The translations under genes and the position numbers were made by a program. Shown one piece after another: positions 1 through 10,010 of a stretch of DNA of 64,000 bases (within the stretch, counting starts at the first letter, position 1; every line of letters begins with the position of its first letter). The stretch spans positions 156,654 through 220,653 of the forward strand of contig SCKJ01000003.1 in NCBI GenBank assembly GCA_004124875.1, given 5' to 3'. The notes beneath the pieces were generated by a model that saw only the letters and a list, made by a program, of their open reading frames with translations, was not told the DNA's origin and did not search any database. Origin of the DNA: Fidelibacterota bacterium. Lineage in GTDB: Bacteria > Fidelibacterota > Marinisomatia > SCGC-AAA003-L08 > TS1B11.

Positions 1-1610
1 TCGCCCTGGTGCAGGGTGCGCACTTCTTGACCCAACAAGTTCCAGATCGTGACTTCAGCAGTGGCCTGCTGAGGCAGATCGAAGCTGAATGTCGTTGATG
101 GATTGAAGGGGTTGGGATAATTGCCGTGCAGGGCAAACTTAGTGGGTATGCCATCTCCAGCAGGGTTGACGGCCAGATCTTGCGGTTGGACGAAGGTCAC
201 CGTGACATACTGTGACTCGATTACCGGCAGACAGACGTTGTCCACTTCGAAAATCAGGCGGCCTCCTGCCGAGAGATTTGCGAGGTCGACATCATGATCC
301 GAGTCGTCGGGATTAAAACCGGACTGCACAATGGCGTCAACAACCAGTGCCACGCCGATGGCAAACACCGGAATCTTTTCGATGACGTCATCAATGGTCA
401 ATCCCAAGGCCAACCATGCGGCGACAGAGTCCTCAACGATGCCAGCCGTGGCGCCAGCCAGGGCGCCCGCTGCCCCCATGGCCTGCAGCCCCGCGTCAAC
501 ACCGGCGTAGACGGCAGCGGAATCGGACCCGCCCCCAATCTTGGAGGCCGTAAAGGCCGTTTCAAAGCCACCCAAACCAACCATCAGGTTGTAAGTGAAA
601 TAGTAGCCGGTGAATTGGAGCGGCTCATCGCCATTGAGCGGTATTTCATCTTCTCCAAAGGGATCGAACACATAGGCAAAGTTGACGGAAACGACGGAAT
701 CCTCATGCAGGCCCACTGATTCAGCGAGCCCCGGTGGAACGAACATCGGCGCGGCGCCGACGTTAAAGTTGGCCCCCAACCCGGCAAAAGCCACATTGAG
801 TTGGGCCACCATATCGTCGCTGCCGTCCAGCACCGATACGCCCAGGCTCCTGTTCAAATTGCCGCTGGCATCGACGCCCAGGTCCGCGGCGACGCCGTCA
901 GTGGCCCCCCAGGAAACGACGAGCGTATCGACTGTCAAAAAGTCGCTGGCGGTAAAGCCCGCGTTCACCATGCCCCAGTTTGCCGGCCATGCGCTGGGAT
1001 CGGTCAAAGGATCAATGGCCTCGAACAGGGCAAATATCCCCGATGAGACAATGCCGAAGCCCCAGGTGATGCTGTTGTCGGCCGTATTGACAAAGCTATT
1101 GCTTGAAAGGGCGAAAATGGCATTGTCGGTGACATCAGCAACCACGGCATAGGTTGAGCAGTTGAGGATAGTTGTCGTGGGATAGCTGGATGTGCCCACG
1201 TTATCATAGGGAATAGTCAATGTTCCGAGGGCGTCGTCCAGCCGCGCCGTTAAATCAATGGCGCCCAGCGGGAAATTTTCCAGCCCCGCTTGGGTAAGCA
1301 GGGCATCAGGTGTGGACGGCGCTGCGACAGTGTCGCCGGGCACGAACTCAGCCAGCGCAAAGGAGAAACCGGCCCCGGCCGCGACCGTACTGGGCCAACT
1401 GACGCTGATGTCGTAGGTGGTATTCGCATCCTCAACGGCAGCCGAACCGGAGGTGTCACGCAGCACATCAATATACTGGACATGTATCCCGACCAATCTG
1501 TAGTCGCCGGAAATGGACTGTGCCGATGCCGTCGAGACTACAACGGTTGAGAGCAGGAGCGCCGCCAGTAACGGCATGCAAAACCGTGTTCCAATAACAT
1601 GTCGGTCCAT
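1..1610 (-). CDS. T9SS C-terminal sorting-domain secreted protein. The N-terminus with signal peptide lies at 1610; the C-terminal domain is cut by the window start.
   Basis: Reverse-strand translation from ATG (revcomp of 1608-1610) gives MDRHVIGTRFCMPLLAALLLSTVVVSTASAQ, a signal peptide, preceded by GGAGGG. The same frame near the window start reads ...KFALHGNYPNPFNPSTTFSFDLPQQATAEVTIWNLLGQEVRTLHQG, a typical T9SS type-A sorting domain. The plus-strand ORFs at 294-1713 are antisense artefacts. Continuity of the frame across the middle was only spot-checked. Confidence 0.55.
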   Translation of the reverse strand, partial: MDRHVIGTRFCMPLLAALLLSTVVVSTASAQSISGDYRLVGIHVQYIDVLRDTSGSAAVEDANTTYDISVSWPSTVAAGAGFSFALAEFVPGDTVAAPSTPDALLTQAGLENFPLGAIDLTARLDDALGTLTIPYDNVGTSSYPTTTILNCSTYAVVADVTDNAIFALSSNSFVNTADNSITWGFGIVSSGIFALFEAIDPLTDPSAWPANWGMVNAGFTASDFLTVDTLVVSWGATDGVAADLGVDASGNLNRSLGVSVLDGSDDMVAQLNVAFAGLGANFNVGAAPMFVPPGLAESVGLHEDSVVSVNFAYVFDPFGEDEIPLNGDEPLQFTGYYFTYNLMVGLGGFETAFTASKIGGGSDSAAVYAGVDAGLQAMGAAGALAGATAGIVEDSVAAWLALGLTIDDVIEKIPVFAIGVALVVDAIVQSGFNPDDSDHDVDLANLSAGGRLIFEVDNVCLPVIESQYVTVTFVQPQDLAVNPAGDGIPTKFALHGNYPNPFNPSTTFSFDLPQQATAEVTIWNLLGQEVRTLHQG

Positions 1611-1818
1611 TTTGAACCCTCCCCGTATTGAATCTGAATTTGGTGGTAGTGAGGAAAGGTACGGGCGTAAAATCTGCGGAGCAAGCCCAATTTGCCGGAA
1701 GCTCCTATTCTAATCAGACCTGTTCATGTGCCGTTTGAAGGTCCGCACCAAAATAATTATCCCCAACACTATCGGTAGCGTGGTGGTGAACAGATGCTCA
1801 GCCAGGAGCGAGAAGGGG

Positions 1819-3846
1819 CTATCCATCGCGGGTGAGTCCTTCCGCCACCAGTTCGGCAATATCCTTCACTGCCACGGCTCCTTCCTTGCCGCGCACCTTG
1901 ACGGCATCATCCATCATGATCAGACAAAAAGAGCAGGCGGTGGCCACCGTTTCCGCTCCCGTTTCGATGGCCTGGTCAAAGCGCGCCAGGTTCACTCGCT
2001 CATCCGATTTCGTTTCATACCACATGTTGCCCCCTCCGGCGCCGCAACAGAAGCTTTCACCGCGGGACAGCTCCATTTCAACCATGGCGTCCTGACCGGC
2101 CGTCCGGGCAATCACGGCCCGTGGCGCATCGTACTGATCGTTGTGCCGCCCCAGGTAGCAGGGGTCGTGGAATGTCACTTTGCCATCGACCGTTTGAGAT
2201 GGCGTCAGTTTGCCCGCCTCAAGCAGCTCTTCGATAAAGGCTGAGTGGTGGACCACCTCATACTGTCCGCCCAGCTGGGCGTAGTCCCTGCCGATGGTCT
2301 GCATGCAGTGCGGGCAGGCGGTGACGATGCGCTTGAAGCGGTACCGGTCCAGCGTGGCGATATTGTCATGGGCCAACGTTTCATACACGTTTTCCTCACC
2401 GATGCGGCGGGCAGCGTCGCCCGTGCATTTTTCCTCCTTGCCCAGGATGGCGTAGTCGACACCGGCTGCTTCTAAAATGGTGATCATCGCCCGGGTCACC
2501 GATTGGTTGCGGGGATCGAACGAGCCGGCGCATCCGACCCAGTAGAGAATATCCACGTCCTGCTTCTGTGCCATCAGCGGAACGGGCGGGTCCATGTCGG
2601 CGGCCCAGTCGAGGCGCGTCTCATGGGCGAAGCCCCACGGATTGCCGTGCTGGGCCGTTTTCTCCAGCGACGAGGCGGCTGCCTCCGGCGGGGCTCCTTC
2701 CGAAAGCACCAGGAAACGGCGCATGTCGACAATGGCGGGGATGTGGTCAATCATGACCGGACACTCCTGCGCGCAGGCGCCGCAGGTGGTGCAGGCCCAC
2801 AGTTCTTCAGCCGTAATGGCGTTGGCCCCGATGAGCTCCGCGGCCTCTTTGCCGCCCATGGTCTGATCGTACAGTTGCTTCCGGATCACCTGCATAATTT
2901 TCATGGGCGAAAGCGGCGACCCCACCGCGTGCGCCGGGCAGACCGATGTGCAGCGGGCGCATTCCGTGCAGGTCTGCGCGTCGAGCAGCTGCTTCCAGGT
3001 GAGGTCCTGCACTTGTCCGGCCCCCAGCACCAGGCTGTCCAGGTCGGCCTCCGGATCGGACATCATTTTCGTAATGTGCATGGGTCGCAGCTGCCCCATC
3101 TCTGCGTGGTTCGTCAGCGCGGCATTAACGATGGCCAGCAAGGCGTGAAAGAGCTTGGTCTGGGGCAGCAGGGCAATGAGCGTCAGCGCCAGCGCCGCAT
3201 GGGACCACCAGAGCGCCGGCTGCAGGCTGTGCCACATCTCCAGACTTAGCAGACCCACCAGCGAGAAGGCGACAAACGAGGCGGCGGCGTTTTCGGGCTG
3301 CTCTATGGCCAACCTGGCCGCTTCAGTCATAAAGCCGCCCATGGCCAGCAGCAGCAGCACCAGCAGAATGCCCACGTCGCCCAGCAGAGAGCCCCGTCCC
3401 GAAAAGGCGTCGTTGGGCAGCAGGGCCGGTTTGTTGCGCGGCAGCCGTCTCCACAGGGCCATGGCCACTCCTATGCCCAACGCCAGGCCACCCACTTCGT
3501 TGGCCGCGGCAAACCAGGGCGTGTCCTTGGCAGGAAGCCAGACGGCAAACCATCCGCGCTCAACAAAAAAATCTACTGAGGTGGCGAAGAACAGCTCCAT
3601 AAATCCCCAGGCCATCAGCAGGTGCATCACGGAGGCGTACCCGAATTTGAACGAAGTCACTTTCCGCTGCGCGATGCCGTACGTGATGGCGTTGGGGATC
3701 AGCGCCCACCAGTCGATGGCGCGCGAGTCCGGCCTGCCGATGCGGGCCGCTGCGGCGCGGCGCAAATTATAGGCAAAGTAAAGGGTCGCCAGCGCCGCGA
3801 AGGCGTAGAACAGGGGCGGTATGGGGATCGGGACGCCGCTCTGCAT
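1819..3846 (-). CDS. Membrane-anchored Fe-S oxidoreductase (HdrD/GlpC-like, CCG domains), Etf-associated
   Basis: The N-terminal ~250 aa are hydrophobic with multiple TM helices. Two ferredoxin-type CxxCxxCxxxCP motifs follow (CTECARCTSVCPA, CTTCGACAQECPV), then cysteine-rich CCG-type motifs (CPHC..., CCGAGGG). It lies immediately upstream of etfAB on the same strand. Confidence 0.75.
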   Translation of the reverse strand: MQSGVPIPIPPLFYAFAALATLYFAYNLRRAAAARIGRPDSRAIDWWALIPNAITYGIAQRKVTSFKFGYASVMHLLMAWGFMELFFATSVDFFVERGWFAVWLPAKDTPWFAAANEVGGLALGIGVAMALWRRLPRNKPALLPNDAFSGRGSLLGDVGILLVLLLLAMGGFMTEAARLAIEQPENAAASFVAFSLVGLLSLEMWHSLQPALWWSHAALALTLIALLPQTKLFHALLAIVNAALTNHAEMGQLRPMHITKMMSDPEADLDSLVLGAGQVQDLTWKQLLDAQTCTECARCTSVCPAHAVGSPLSPMKIMQVIRKQLYDQTMGGKEAAELIGANAITAEELWACTTCGACAQECPVMIDHIPAIVDMRRFLVLSEGAPPEAAASSLEKTAQHGNPWGFAHETRLDWAADMDPPVPLMAQKQDVDILYWVGCAGSFDPRNQSVTRAMITILEAAGVDYAILGKEEKCTGDAARRIGEENVYETLAHDNIATLDRYRFKRIVTACPHCMQTIGRDYAQLGGQYEVVHHSAFIEELLEAGKLTPSQTVDGKVTFHDPCYLGRHNDQYDAPRAVIARTAGQDAMVEMELSRGESFCCGAGGGNMWYETKSDERVNLARFDQAIETGAETVATACSFCLIMMDDAVKVRGKEGAVAVKDIAELVAEGLTRDG

Positions 3847-3854
3847 CTGCCCTG

Positions 3855-4820
3855 CTACTGCTCCCCTTTCAGCGCCTGGATGAGAGCGGGCACGATCTCG
3901 TGCAAGTCGGCGACGATGCCGTAGTCAGCCACCTCGAATATGGGCGCATGGGCATCCTTGTTGATCGCCACGATGCAGCCGGAATTTTTCATGCCCACCT
4001 GGTGCTGGATGGCGCCCGATATGCCTATGGCGAGGTAAAGTTTGGGCGTTACCGTCTGGCCCGATGAGCCCACCTGGCGATCATGGTCGAGCCAACCATA
4101 GTCGACCACCGGCCGGGAGGAGCCGAGCTCGGCGCCCAGCACCGCGGCCAGTTCTTCAACGATTTTCATGTGCTCCTGCTCCCCGATGCCGCGACCGACC
4201 GAGACGATCCGCTCGGCGCGTGACAGGTCGACCGTCCCTTTGGCTTCCTGAAATTTCGGCTCCCGGAGCACCTTGGGCACCACACCAGAGAGATCGAGAT
4301 CGATGGCGCGCACGGCGGGAGCGCCTGTGCCCAGGTCATCGGAGCGAAAGGTCCCCGCCTGAAACGATACCATGACCGGGCCATCAGCGGTGGTCACTTC
4401 GGCGCTGATTTTACCTTGAAAAATGGGCCGCAGCCACGTCAGACTGCCGCCGGACTCGAAGCCGGTACAGTCGCTGATCATGGGCAGGCCGATACGCACG
4501 GCGAGGCGCGGCAGCCAGTCGCGGGCCTGATAGGTATGGCCGGCGATGATAAGGCCGGGCGATTCCTGCGCAATCAGCGCCTCTGCGGCGGCGATGAAAT
4601 GCTCGGGTGAGTATTGATCCAACTGGGCATGGTTGAGGTGCAGAATTTCATCAATATCGCAGCCCTTGAGCGGCGCCGGTGGCGCATGGCTGCCCATCAA
4701 GACGGCATGCAGGGAGTGGCCGCCGCTGTCGCGCAGCTGCCGGGCGCCATTAATGGCTTCCAGGCTCACCCGATGGATGGCATCGCCTTCAGATTGAATC
4801 AGGATAAAGATTTTACCCAT
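3855..4820 (-). CDS. etfA: Electron transfer flavoprotein alpha subunit
   Basis: The C-terminal FAD-binding region ([39 protein letters not shown]...[48 protein letters not shown]) is diagnostic of EtfA. It ends 3 nt from the etfB start. Confidence 0.9.
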   Translation of the reverse strand: MGKIFILIQSEGDAIHRVSLEAINGARQLRDSGGHSLHAVLMGSHAPPAPLKGCDIDEILHLNHAQLDQYSPEHFIAAAEALIAQESPGLIIAGHTYQARDWLPRLAVRIGLPMISDCTGFESGGSLTWLRPIFQGKISAEVTTADGPVMVSFQAGTFRSDDLGTGAPAVRAIDLDLSGVVPKVLREPKFQEAKGTVDLSRAERIVSVGRGIGEQEHMKIVEELAAVLGAELGSSRPVVDYGWLDHDRQVGSSGQTVTPKLYLAIGISGAIQHQVGMKNSGCIVAINKDAHAPIFEVADYGIVADLHEIVPALIQALKGEQ

Positions 4821-4822
4821 CC

Positions 4823-5602
4823 CTACAGCACCTTCGCTTCGTTGGTTAGCTTATCCACCAGCTGCGCCGCAACCTCCGCAGGCGAGCCTTCCAGGAAAAC
4901 GGTTTCCTTCGATTTGATAGGCAGATAAATCCGTTTAACGGTCTGCAGGGGCGCAAGTTGTTGTGGATCGATTCCGAGGCCGGCAGGTTGAACGTCTCTG
5001 ATCTTCTTGCTCTTCATGGCCATAATGCCTTTCAGCGAGGCGTAGCGCGGCTTGTTAATGCCCGACTGAATGGTTAACAGGGCCGGCAATGTGAGCGTGA
5101 CATTCTGGAACCAGCCCCCTTCCAGCTCCTGCTTGACTTTGATCGATGCAGCTTCGATGTCGGTGGCGACAACCAGAGTGACATGGGGCAGGTCAAGCAG
5201 CTCTGCCAGCATGGGTCCCAGCTGTCCGTGGCCCGCATCATCGGACTGCAGGCCGGTCAATATCAGGTCGAACGCTTCTTCCCGCAGCGCGGCAGCAAGC
5301 AGGTGAGCCATGCCATTGGAATCGAGATCGCCATCGCCCTCCAGGGCCACGCGAATGGCCCGGCCAGCCCCTTTCGCGAGGGCGTCCTTCAGCATCTGGG
5401 TTGTTCTGGCGCTGCCCACTGTGACCACCACCACTTCACCGCCGTGGGCTTCCTTTAGCAGCAGCGCCTCTTCCAGAGCGTACGTGTCGCTTTCGTTGGC
5501 TGAGTAGACCAGATTGCTCTCATCGATCCATAGCTCATCCGCCCGGATGTGAAGGGCCGACGCCGGGTCAGGGATCTGTTTCATTAGGACGCAGATTTTC
5601 AT
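4823..5602 (-). CDS. etfB: Electron transfer flavoprotein beta subunit
   Basis: MKICVLMKQIPD... is a typical EtfB N-terminus, and the gene is translationally coupled to etfA. Confidence 0.9.
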   Translation of the reverse strand: MKICVLMKQIPDPASALHIRADELWIDESNLVYSANESDTYALEEALLLKEAHGGEVVVVTVGSARTTQMLKDALAKGAGRAIRVALEGDGDLDSNGMAHLLAAALREEAFDLILTGLQSDDAGHGQLGPMLAELLDLPHVTLVVATDIEAASIKVKQELEGGWFQNVTLTLPALLTIQSGINKPRYASLKGIMAMKSKKIRDVQPAGLGIDPQQLAPLQTVKRIYLPIKSKETVFLEGSPAEVAAQLVDKLTNEAKVL

Positions 5603-5776
5603 CGATTGTATTCACGATGGCGCTTTTATCCGCCGCTTAAATTTAGTGGCTCCGGCGAGTAATCGCTACCGTCCAACGAATAGGCGCGCGGCCAATGGAT
5701 TGATGGGATATTGCCGCCCCGAGGTTGTGCGCATTGACACCCCATAGCTGCTAACTTCACCGCTCTATTTGAAGTC

Positions 5777-7141
5777 ATGTTACGCCGAATGCCCCAACGC
5801 GCCCAAACAGGTTTCACCCTTTTGCTGGCTATGATGACGGCCGCGGTCGCATGGGGTCAGTCCGCTGATGATCCGCCATCTGTTTCCACGCTCGGAAACG
5901 GGCTGAAAGTGATGGCGATTCAACTTCCCGGCAGTCAGGTGGCGACGCTGCAGCTGATCGTTAAAGGTGGCACACTTGGCGAGCCGCAGGCCCAGACGGG
6001 ATGGCTGCACCTGCTGGAACATATGCTCTGGAAAGGGCATGAGGGCTACCCTCGCCAAGCGGATTTCCTGGCCCACAGCAACAGGTTGGGGGTCTGGCGG
6101 CAAAGCGAGGTCACCGAGGGCTGGATGTCGGTGACCCTCACCGCTCCCACCGACTCACTGCAGGCGGCGCTGAGGCACCTGCTGGAAATTGTCCGCACCA
6201 CCACCATCAATCAGGCGCAGCTCGATCTTGAAAAGCGCGTCATCCTGCAGGAACTCGACAGACTGTCCGCGAATCCCGATGCTGTGCTCGACAAGACCAT
6301 CCTTGCTTTACTGGCGGCGCAGGGGGTTCCCGACCAGGAGAGCCGTGACGCGCTGTTCAATGCGACGGCGGAAAAAATGAGGCTTTTGCGTCTGAGGAAC
6401 CTGCTTCCCAACAATTCAGGACTGGTGGTGGCCGGTTCCCTGCCGCGCGACCAACTGCTCGATGTTGTGCGCCTGATCATGGGCCCCTGGCCGGACGGTT
6501 TCGTGGGTGAGGTCACGACGCCTTCCAGCGCAGACCGCTATGAGATTTACGGGCGTGACAGCATCATCGTCATGGCGGTTAAGCACCCTCGCTGGGTCCT
6601 GGCCTGGCCGGGGCCTCCGATTGCCGACATCGAGGCTACCCAGGCGGCCCGATTATTGACCGAGTCATTGGTGGGTCTCAACTCTCCTTTTTTCCAGCGC
6701 CTATATGATGAAGGCATCGTACTGGATTTTTCCGCGGAATACCGCATGCGGCCAGGGGGCGGCGCTCTCCTCCTCAAATTCACGCTGCCCCGGGAGCGGC
6801 TGGCAAACACCCAGGCCCTTATCCTGCAGGAAATAAGGCGCCTGGCCGACCCTTCCTATCTCGGCCCGGCAGTTTTGCGTAACGCGAGAAATGAACTCGC
6901 TAACCAGATGCTGCTGCTGCGTCACCACCCTGGGAATTTCGTGCGGCAGCTCGGTTCCGCCTGGGCGGCATCAGACCTTGCCGGGCGGGGCGAGACCGCT
7001 TTCCCGCCCAGCGAATCCGGTCAGCAGGAACTGTTTGAGTTCCTCCAAACCTACATCACCGGCATAGCGCCCTATCACGTGCTGATGCTTGACGCGGCCT
7101 TGCGCCGGACTTTGCCCACCAGCCAGCCGGCACAGCGATGA
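5777..7141 (+). CDS. M16 family zinc peptidase (insulinase-like, active subunit)
   Basis: Inverted zinc-binding HxxEH motif (HLLEHMLWKG), a signal peptide and M16-like length. It overlaps the downstream paralog by 4 nt. Confidence 0.8.
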   Translation: MLRRMPQRAQTGFTLLLAMMTAAVAWGQSADDPPSVSTLGNGLKVMAIQLPGSQVATLQLIVKGGTLGEPQAQTGWLHLLEHMLWKGHEGYPRQADFLAHSNRLGVWRQSEVTEGWMSVTLTAPTDSLQAALRHLLEIVRTTTINQAQLDLEKRVILQELDRLSANPDAVLDKTILALLAAQGVPDQESRDALFNATAEKMRLLRLRNLLPNNSGLVVAGSLPRDQLLDVVRLIMGPWPDGFVGEVTTPSSADRYEIYGRDSIIVMAVKHPRWVLAWPGPPIADIEATQAARLLTESLVGLNSPFFQRLYDEGIVLDFSAEYRMRPGGGALLLKFTLPRERLANTQALILQEIRRLADPSYLGPAVLRNARNELANQMLLLRHHPGNFVRQLGSAWAASDLAGRGETAFPPSESGQQELFEFLQTYITGIAPYHVLMLDAALRRTLPTSQPAQR

Positions 7142-8454
7142 AGTCCCGCTGGGTTAAGGACCTGGCGCCGGTCATGGCGTTGCTGGTTATATCCGCTTGC
7201 GGGCAGCAGGAGCGGGCTGCAGAGACGACGACGGGCTTCATCGTCGAGGGCCTCGAGGTCATTTTTCTGCAAACGCCGGACCAGCCGCTCGTGGCCTTTG
7301 GCTTTTACCTTAAGGGGGGCGGCAATTACGTTGGGGCCAACCAATCGGGCATCGAGGTATTGTTGCTGGAAACTGCTCTAAGGGGCACGGAAACCCGCTC
7401 CCACAAATCGCTCGTTCGCCGCCTGACGGGACTCAACACCCATTTTGACGTCACCAGCAGCGATGATTTTACCGGTCTGCGGGGGCTGACCCCCAAGGCC
7501 AATTTTGCAGCCGCCTGGGAGCTGTTCGCGGACATCCTCATGCGGCCCCGGCTGGAGCCTGCGGATATTGAAAAGGTGCGGCGGCGCATGCTGGCACAGA
7601 TGACCATGTTTGGGGAGTATCCTGCTGAAGTGGCGCTCGATATGGCCGTGGGCGACTATTATGCGGATCATCCCTACCGCTACATCAGGACCGGCGGCGC
7701 CAAGTCCATAGCGGCATTGACGCGGAACGACCTGATCCAGTTCTACCGTGCCGACTTTACCAAGAACCGGTCACTTCTGGCGGTGGTGGGCGACCTGACC
7801 ATCGAGGAGGTGACACGGCTGGCCCGCAAACTGGCCCGCAAACTGCCGCAGGGTCCCGATTTACTGCTGCCGGGCCTTACCTTCGATGCCGGCGATGGAG
7901 GCGCGGCCGTCAAGCGGCAGAGTCTGCCGACCCACTTTCTCACCGGCCTGTTTTCCGCCCCCAGGCCCGGCCACGCCGAATACCCGGCCTTTACCGTGGC
8001 GCTGGAACTTTTCCGCCAACGGCTGGTCACGCAGCTGCAGTCGCGCCGGGCCTTGACGGATCGGGTCGTGACCCGTGAAGGTGACCTGGTGGCCAACTAT
8101 GGTTCCATCTCCTTTACCACCACAGAGCTGGTTGCTGCCGTTTCTGTCGTGCGTAATACGCTCGCTGATCTGATGTCGGGAGAGATCACGGAACCCGAGG
8201 TAAAGGCCGCCATGCAGCAGCGGCTAATCCAATATATGATGCAGGCAGGATCGGTAGAGGGCAAGCTGGACCGTATGGCGCAATGGGGCATCGTGGCCGA
8301 AGATTGGCGTCAGGCGGAGCAGTTCCCTGCCGAAGTGGCCAAAGTGACCGCGGATGAGGTCCGGGCGATGGTGCGCAAATACATCCGGCGCATCCATTGG
8401 GGTGGCATCGGGCCTTCCCGCAGGCTCAAAGCCGGGCTGTTCAAAGCCCGCTGA
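7138..8454 (+). CDS. M16 family peptidase, second (probably non-catalytic) subunit
   Basis: Paralogous length and architecture, translationally coupled to the upstream M16 gene. No HxxEH motif was seen. Confidence 0.65.
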   Translation: MKSRWVKDLAPVMALLVISACGQQERAAETTTGFIVEGLEVIFLQTPDQPLVAFGFYLKGGGNYVGANQSGIEVLLLETALRGTETRSHKSLVRRLTGLNTHFDVTSSDDFTGLRGLTPKANFAAAWELFADILMRPRLEPADIEKVRRRMLAQMTMFGEYPAEVALDMAVGDYYADHPYRYIRTGGAKSIAALTRNDLIQFYRADFTKNRSLLAVVGDLTIEEVTRLARKLARKLPQGPDLLLPGLTFDAGDGGAAVKRQSLPTHFLTGLFSAPRPGHAEYPAFTVALELFRQRLVTQLQSRRALTDRVVTREGDLVANYGSISFTTTELVAAVSVVRNTLADLMSGEITEPEVKAAMQQRLIQYMMQAGSVEGKLDRMAQWGIVAEDWRQAEQFPAEVAKVTADEVRAMVRKYIRRIHWGGIGPSRRLKAGLFKAR

Positions 8455-8720
8455 CCTGCCCAGCGGTACCGCGCCGCCAGGGGCAGCGCCATGGTGGCCA
8501 GCAGATATGCAATGAGGGGCCGCATCGGGGAAGTTAATCAGATGGCGCCAAGTGGCAAGAGGATTAGGGAGTATTCATCAACGGCTTACAGGGATAGACG
8601 TCACCCTTCGATCCTTCGAGAGCCTCAGGATGACGAAGAGTGACTTTAATTTAGAAAGATACCAAATCCAAATCGAGTGTCACCCTAAGGTTCTCGAAGG
8701 GCGATACTCGCAGGCTTAAG

Positions 8721-9776
8721 TTACTCTGCGGAAAGGGTCACCGTGGGCGTATCGGCGGCGTGCAGCTGGCCGATGACGGTGGCTTCCGCACTCTGCGCGC
8801 TGTTGATGGCGGCCACGAGATCGTCGGCCTTGCCGGCGGCTATGGCGATGAGCAGACCGCCTGAAGTCTGCGCGTCCACAGTAAGCAGGGCGTGCACCTC
8901 GTTTAGTCCGTCACCTATGGTAAGGCGGGGTCTCACGTACTCCATATTACGTTTGCTGCCTGCGGGAACAACGTCCTCTGCCGCCAGTTCAGGGACGCCC
9001 GGCAGGAACTGCAGCCGCTCAAACCTGACGCTGGCCGCCATGCCGCTGGCGGCGCACATTTCCAGCAGGTGTCCCATCAGGCCGTAGCCCGAGATGTCCG
9101 TCATGGCGTGCGCTCCTGCTTCGACGGCCGCCTCGCTGGCTGCTTTGTTCAGGAGGATCATGGAGTTCTGGGAAGCCTCCATAGACTCATCGGTGGCCAT
9201 GCCCCACTTCGTGGCCGTGGAGATAATTCCAGTGCCCAGCGGTTTGGTCAGCACAAGGACGTCGCCGTCTTTAGCGGTGCTGTTGCGGATGAGGTTTGAT
9301 TCTGCCACGAGACCCGTCACGACCATGCCGTACTTGGGCTCCAGGTCGTCCACCGTGTGCCCCCCCAGCACATGGATGCCCGCTGCATGGGCTATGTCGA
9401 TGCCGCCGGCCAGAATTTCAGACAGCGTTTCCAGGGGCAGTTCATCTTTCGGGAACCCTACCACATTCAGGGCGAACAGCGGCTTGCCGCCCATGGCGTA
9501 AATATCCGAGAGGGAGTTGGCTGCGGCAATTTGCCCAAAAATAAAGGGGTCGTCAACGATAGGCGTGATGAAATCGACGCTCTGCAGCAACACCTGAGAT
9601 TCCTGGGCCGGGTGGAGGCGCATGGCTGCGGCGTCGTCGGAAGTCTTGAATCCAACGAGAATATCGGGATTGTCCCACTGCTCCGGCAGATTGCCCAGAA
9701 CCTGGGCAAGCTCGTTGGGACCGAGCTTACAGGCTCAGCCGGAGCCGTGGCTGAGTTGCGTCAAGCGCTTATGCAT
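8721..9776 (-). CDS. selD: Selenide, water dikinase (selenophosphate synthetase) with in-frame UGA (selenocysteine) codon at 9735-9737
   Basis: The ORF-track fragment (MRLHPAQESQVLLQSVDFITPIVDDPFIFGQIAAANSLSDIYAMGGKP...) matches SelD. Extending the same frame upstream gives MHKRLTQLSHGSG-[TGA]-ACKLGPNELAQVLGNLPEQWDNPDILVGFKTSDDAAA. The TGA therefore sits exactly at the catalytic Sec/Cys position of SelD (E. coli ...SHGAGCGCK...). Confidence 0.85.
9708..9728 (-). promoter_or_regulatory. Candidate bacterial SECIS hairpin 6 nt downstream of the selD UGA
   Basis: The mRNA reads UGA GCCUGU AAGCUCG-GUCCCAA-CGAGCUU, a perfect 7-bp stem with a 7-nt loop beginning 6 nt after the UGA. Confidence 0.5.
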
Positions 9777-10010
9777 AACTCAAATTTAGGCCAATGCTGC
9801 AATAGGGGACAGATTTATGCTGACGGCCCTGTGCCGTTTGGAGATTTTCCGGGATTGCGTCTGATAAAACGAATCGATTTCGTCTCCTGAAAATCGTACT
9901 CAGTCGCCCCGTGGCGGATTAACTTTGACCAGCATTATACTCTGGTAAGAGGGGGCTTGCATGCCGGAGTTGTTGATTTCATGTACAATTGATATGGGTT
10001 AGATATACAT

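Noticed and set aside
294-1713. Plus-strand ORFs of 66-156 aa (294-719, 682-1152, 801-1046, 1290-1550, 1513-1713)
   Set aside because: They lie antisense to, or overlap, the long reverse-strand T9SS-protein gene. They are Ala/Pro/Arg-rich, which is typical of high-GC antisense artefacts, and none has a recognisable motif.
2245-3772. Several plus-strand ORFs (e.g. 2503-3249 at 248 aa; 3155-3772 at 205 aa) inside the Fe-S oxidoreductase locus
   Set aside because: They are antisense to a well-supported 675-aa gene with clear Fe-S/CCG motifs, and their composition is GC-frame artefact.
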